64,000 nucleotides of DNA, taken from assembly GCA_030390025.1 (NCBI GenBank), contig CM059432.1, positions 44,022,001-44,086,000 on the forward strand, given 5' to 3'. The notes beneath the pieces were generated by a model. That model searched no databases, was not told the DNA's origin, and was given only the letters and a program-made list of their open reading frames with translations. Source of the DNA: Squalus acanthias (taxonomy: Eukaryota). Every line of letters starts with the position of its first letter. The first letter of the stretch is position 1. Below are positions 61,881 to 64,000 of this stretch, piece by piece. The position numbers and the translations under genes are program-made.

Positions 61881-63785
61881 CATAGAAACATAGACATAGA
61901 AACATAGAAGATAGGAGCAGGAGTAGGCCATTCGGCCCCTCGAGCCTGCTCCGCCATTCGATGAGATCATGGCTGATCATCCAAACTCAGTACCCTGTAG
62001 CTGCCTTCTCCCCATATCCCTTGATACCTTTAGCTTTAAGAAATATATCTAACTCATTCTTGAATATATTTAATGACTTGGCCTCAACTACATTCTGTGG
62101 TAGAGAATTCCACAGGTTCACCACTCTCTGGGTGAAGAAATTCTTCCTCATTTCTGTCCTAAATGGCTTACCCCTTATCTTTTAGATTATGACCCCTGGT
62201 TCTGGACTCTCCGACCGTCGGGAACATTCTTCCTGCATCTAGTTTGTCCAGACCTGTCAGAATTTTATATGTTTCGATGAGATCCCCTCTCATTCTTCTA
62301 TACTCCAGCGAGTATAAGCCCAATCGACCCAATCTTTCCTCATATGTCATTCCTGCCATCCCAGGTATCAGCCTTGTGAATCTTCGCTGAACTCCTTCCA
62401 TGGCAAGAACATCCTTCCTCAGATAAGGCGACCAAAACTGCACACAGTACTCAAGGTGTGGTCTCACCAAGGCCCTGTACAACTGCAGCAGGACATCCCT
62501 GTTCCTATACTTAAACCCTTTCGCTATGAAGGCCAACATACCATTTGCCTTCTTCACCGCCTGCTGCACCTGCATGCTTACCTTCAGCGACTGGTACACA
62601 AGGACACCCAGGTCTCGTTGCACTTCCCTTTCTCCCAATCTATTGCCATTCAGATAATAGTCTGCCTTTCTGTTTTTGACACCATAGTTGATAACCTCGC
62701 ATTTATCCACGTTATATTGCATCTGCCACGCTTCTGCCCACTCACCCAACCCATCCAAATCATCCTGGAGTTTCCCAGTATCCTCCTCGGAGCACACACG
62801 CCCACCCAGCTTTGTCATCTGCAAACTTGGAGATATTACATTTAGTTCCCTTATCGAGATCATTAATGTATATTGTGAATAGCTGGGGTCCAAGGACCGA
62901 ACCCTGCGGTACCCCACTAGTCACTGCCTGCCACTCGGAAAAAGACCCATTAATTCCTACTCTGCTTTCTGTCCGCCAACCAGTTCTCTATCCAAGTCAA
63001 TACCTTGCCCCCAATCCCATGTGCCTTAACTTTACATGCTAATCTCTTATGCGGGACCTTATCGAAAGCCTTTTGAAAGTCCAAATACACCACATCTACT
63101 GGTTCTCCCTTATCTATTTTCCCAGTTACATCCTCAAAAAATTCCAGTAGATTAGTCGAGCACGATTTACCTTTTGTAAATCCATGTTGACTTTGTCCGA
63201 TCCTGTCACTGTTTTCCAAGTGCTCTGCTATTACATCTTTTATAATGGACTCTAGCATTTTCCCCACTACCGATGTCAGGCTTACCAGTCTGTAATTCCC
63301 TGTTTTCTCTCTACCACCCTTTTTGAATAGTGGGGTAACATTAGCTACCCTCCAATCCATGGGTACAGTTCCAGATTCCATCGAATGTTGGAAGATGATC
63401 AGCAATGCATCTACTATTTCTAGGGCCACTTCCTTAAGTACCCTAGGATGTAGATTATCAGGCCCTGGGGATTTATCGGCCTTCAATCCCATCAATTTCC
63501 CTAATACCATTTCCCTGCAAATACTGATTTCTTTCAGTTCCTCCCTTTCATCAGACCCTATGTTCTCCAACATCTCTGGGAGGTTATTTGTGTCCTCCTT
63601 TGTGAAGACAGAACCAAAATATGCATTTAATTGGTCTGCCATTTCTTTGTTCCCCATTATAACTTCCCCCGCTTCTGACTGCAAGGGACCTACACTTGAT
63701 TTCACTAATCTTTTTCTCTTCACATATCTATAAAAGCTCTTACAGTCAGTTTTTATGTTCCCTGCAAGCTTACTTTCATATTCTA
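61881..63785 (-). mobile_element. Young CR1 LINE, 5'-truncated, same subfamily as 26051-29549
   Basis: RT ORFs 62950-63723 and 62168-62917 are almost identical in sequence to 26141-27940; (TTCTATGT)n tail. Confidence 0.95.
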
Positions 63786-64000
63786 GTGGTCACAGCTGAC
63801 CAGCCTTCTGATGCATGGTAGCAGCAGCTATCCTTACAGCAGGTAGCATAGTTCTCCATCTGTCTTCCTCCTGACCCAGCTCTTGTGTAGACAGTTCCCC
63901 AGTTGCTAAGAGGTAGCCATGACAATGCCTGCAAATATTGTTGGTGTCAACTTGGCTGGTGCGGCCAATCAGATTTTGTTTGCCAATGATCACCCTGGCA

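Noticed and set aside
61870..63795. TSD around the distal CR1 (gtagggtca versus gtggtca)
   Set aside because: Match is too short and imperfect to call.

Overview
Vertebrate genomic DNA, very probably a cartilaginous fish (inferred from the CR1/L2/Deu-SINE/Penelope repeat landscape). It is not prokaryotic, and I see no CRISPR array, rRNA or tRNA genes. Three spliced host genes can be reconstructed by hand: LRRC69 (minus strand, exons 1-2 found), a complete 7-exon OTUD6B (minus strand, 879 nt, 292 aa, intact OTU catalytic motifs) and PIP4P2/TMEM55A exon 1 (plus strand). This is the same gene order and relative orientation as the human locus. Most of the rest is transposable-element debris, and most long ORFs in the track are CR1 LINE fragments or their antisense shadows. 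The most interesting items are: (i) two ~3.2 kb oppositely oriented PIF/Harbinger-type elements (TIR GGGCTCGATTTT, 3-bp TSD) that have lost nearly all of the transposase but keep a 3-exon Myb/SANT + heptad coiled-coil + AT-hook gene; (ii) minimal hammerhead-ribozyme motifs in Penelope-like repeats, all antisense to the host genes; (iii) a ~230-bp inverted templated duplication in OTUD6B intron 1; (iv) an unclassified element with perfect 22-bp inverted ends; (v) a nested CR1-in-CR1 insertion producing a chimeric RT-esterase ORF. Repeat-family names come from recognition, not from a database search, and repeat boundaries are approximate unless a TIR, TSD or splice site is quoted.
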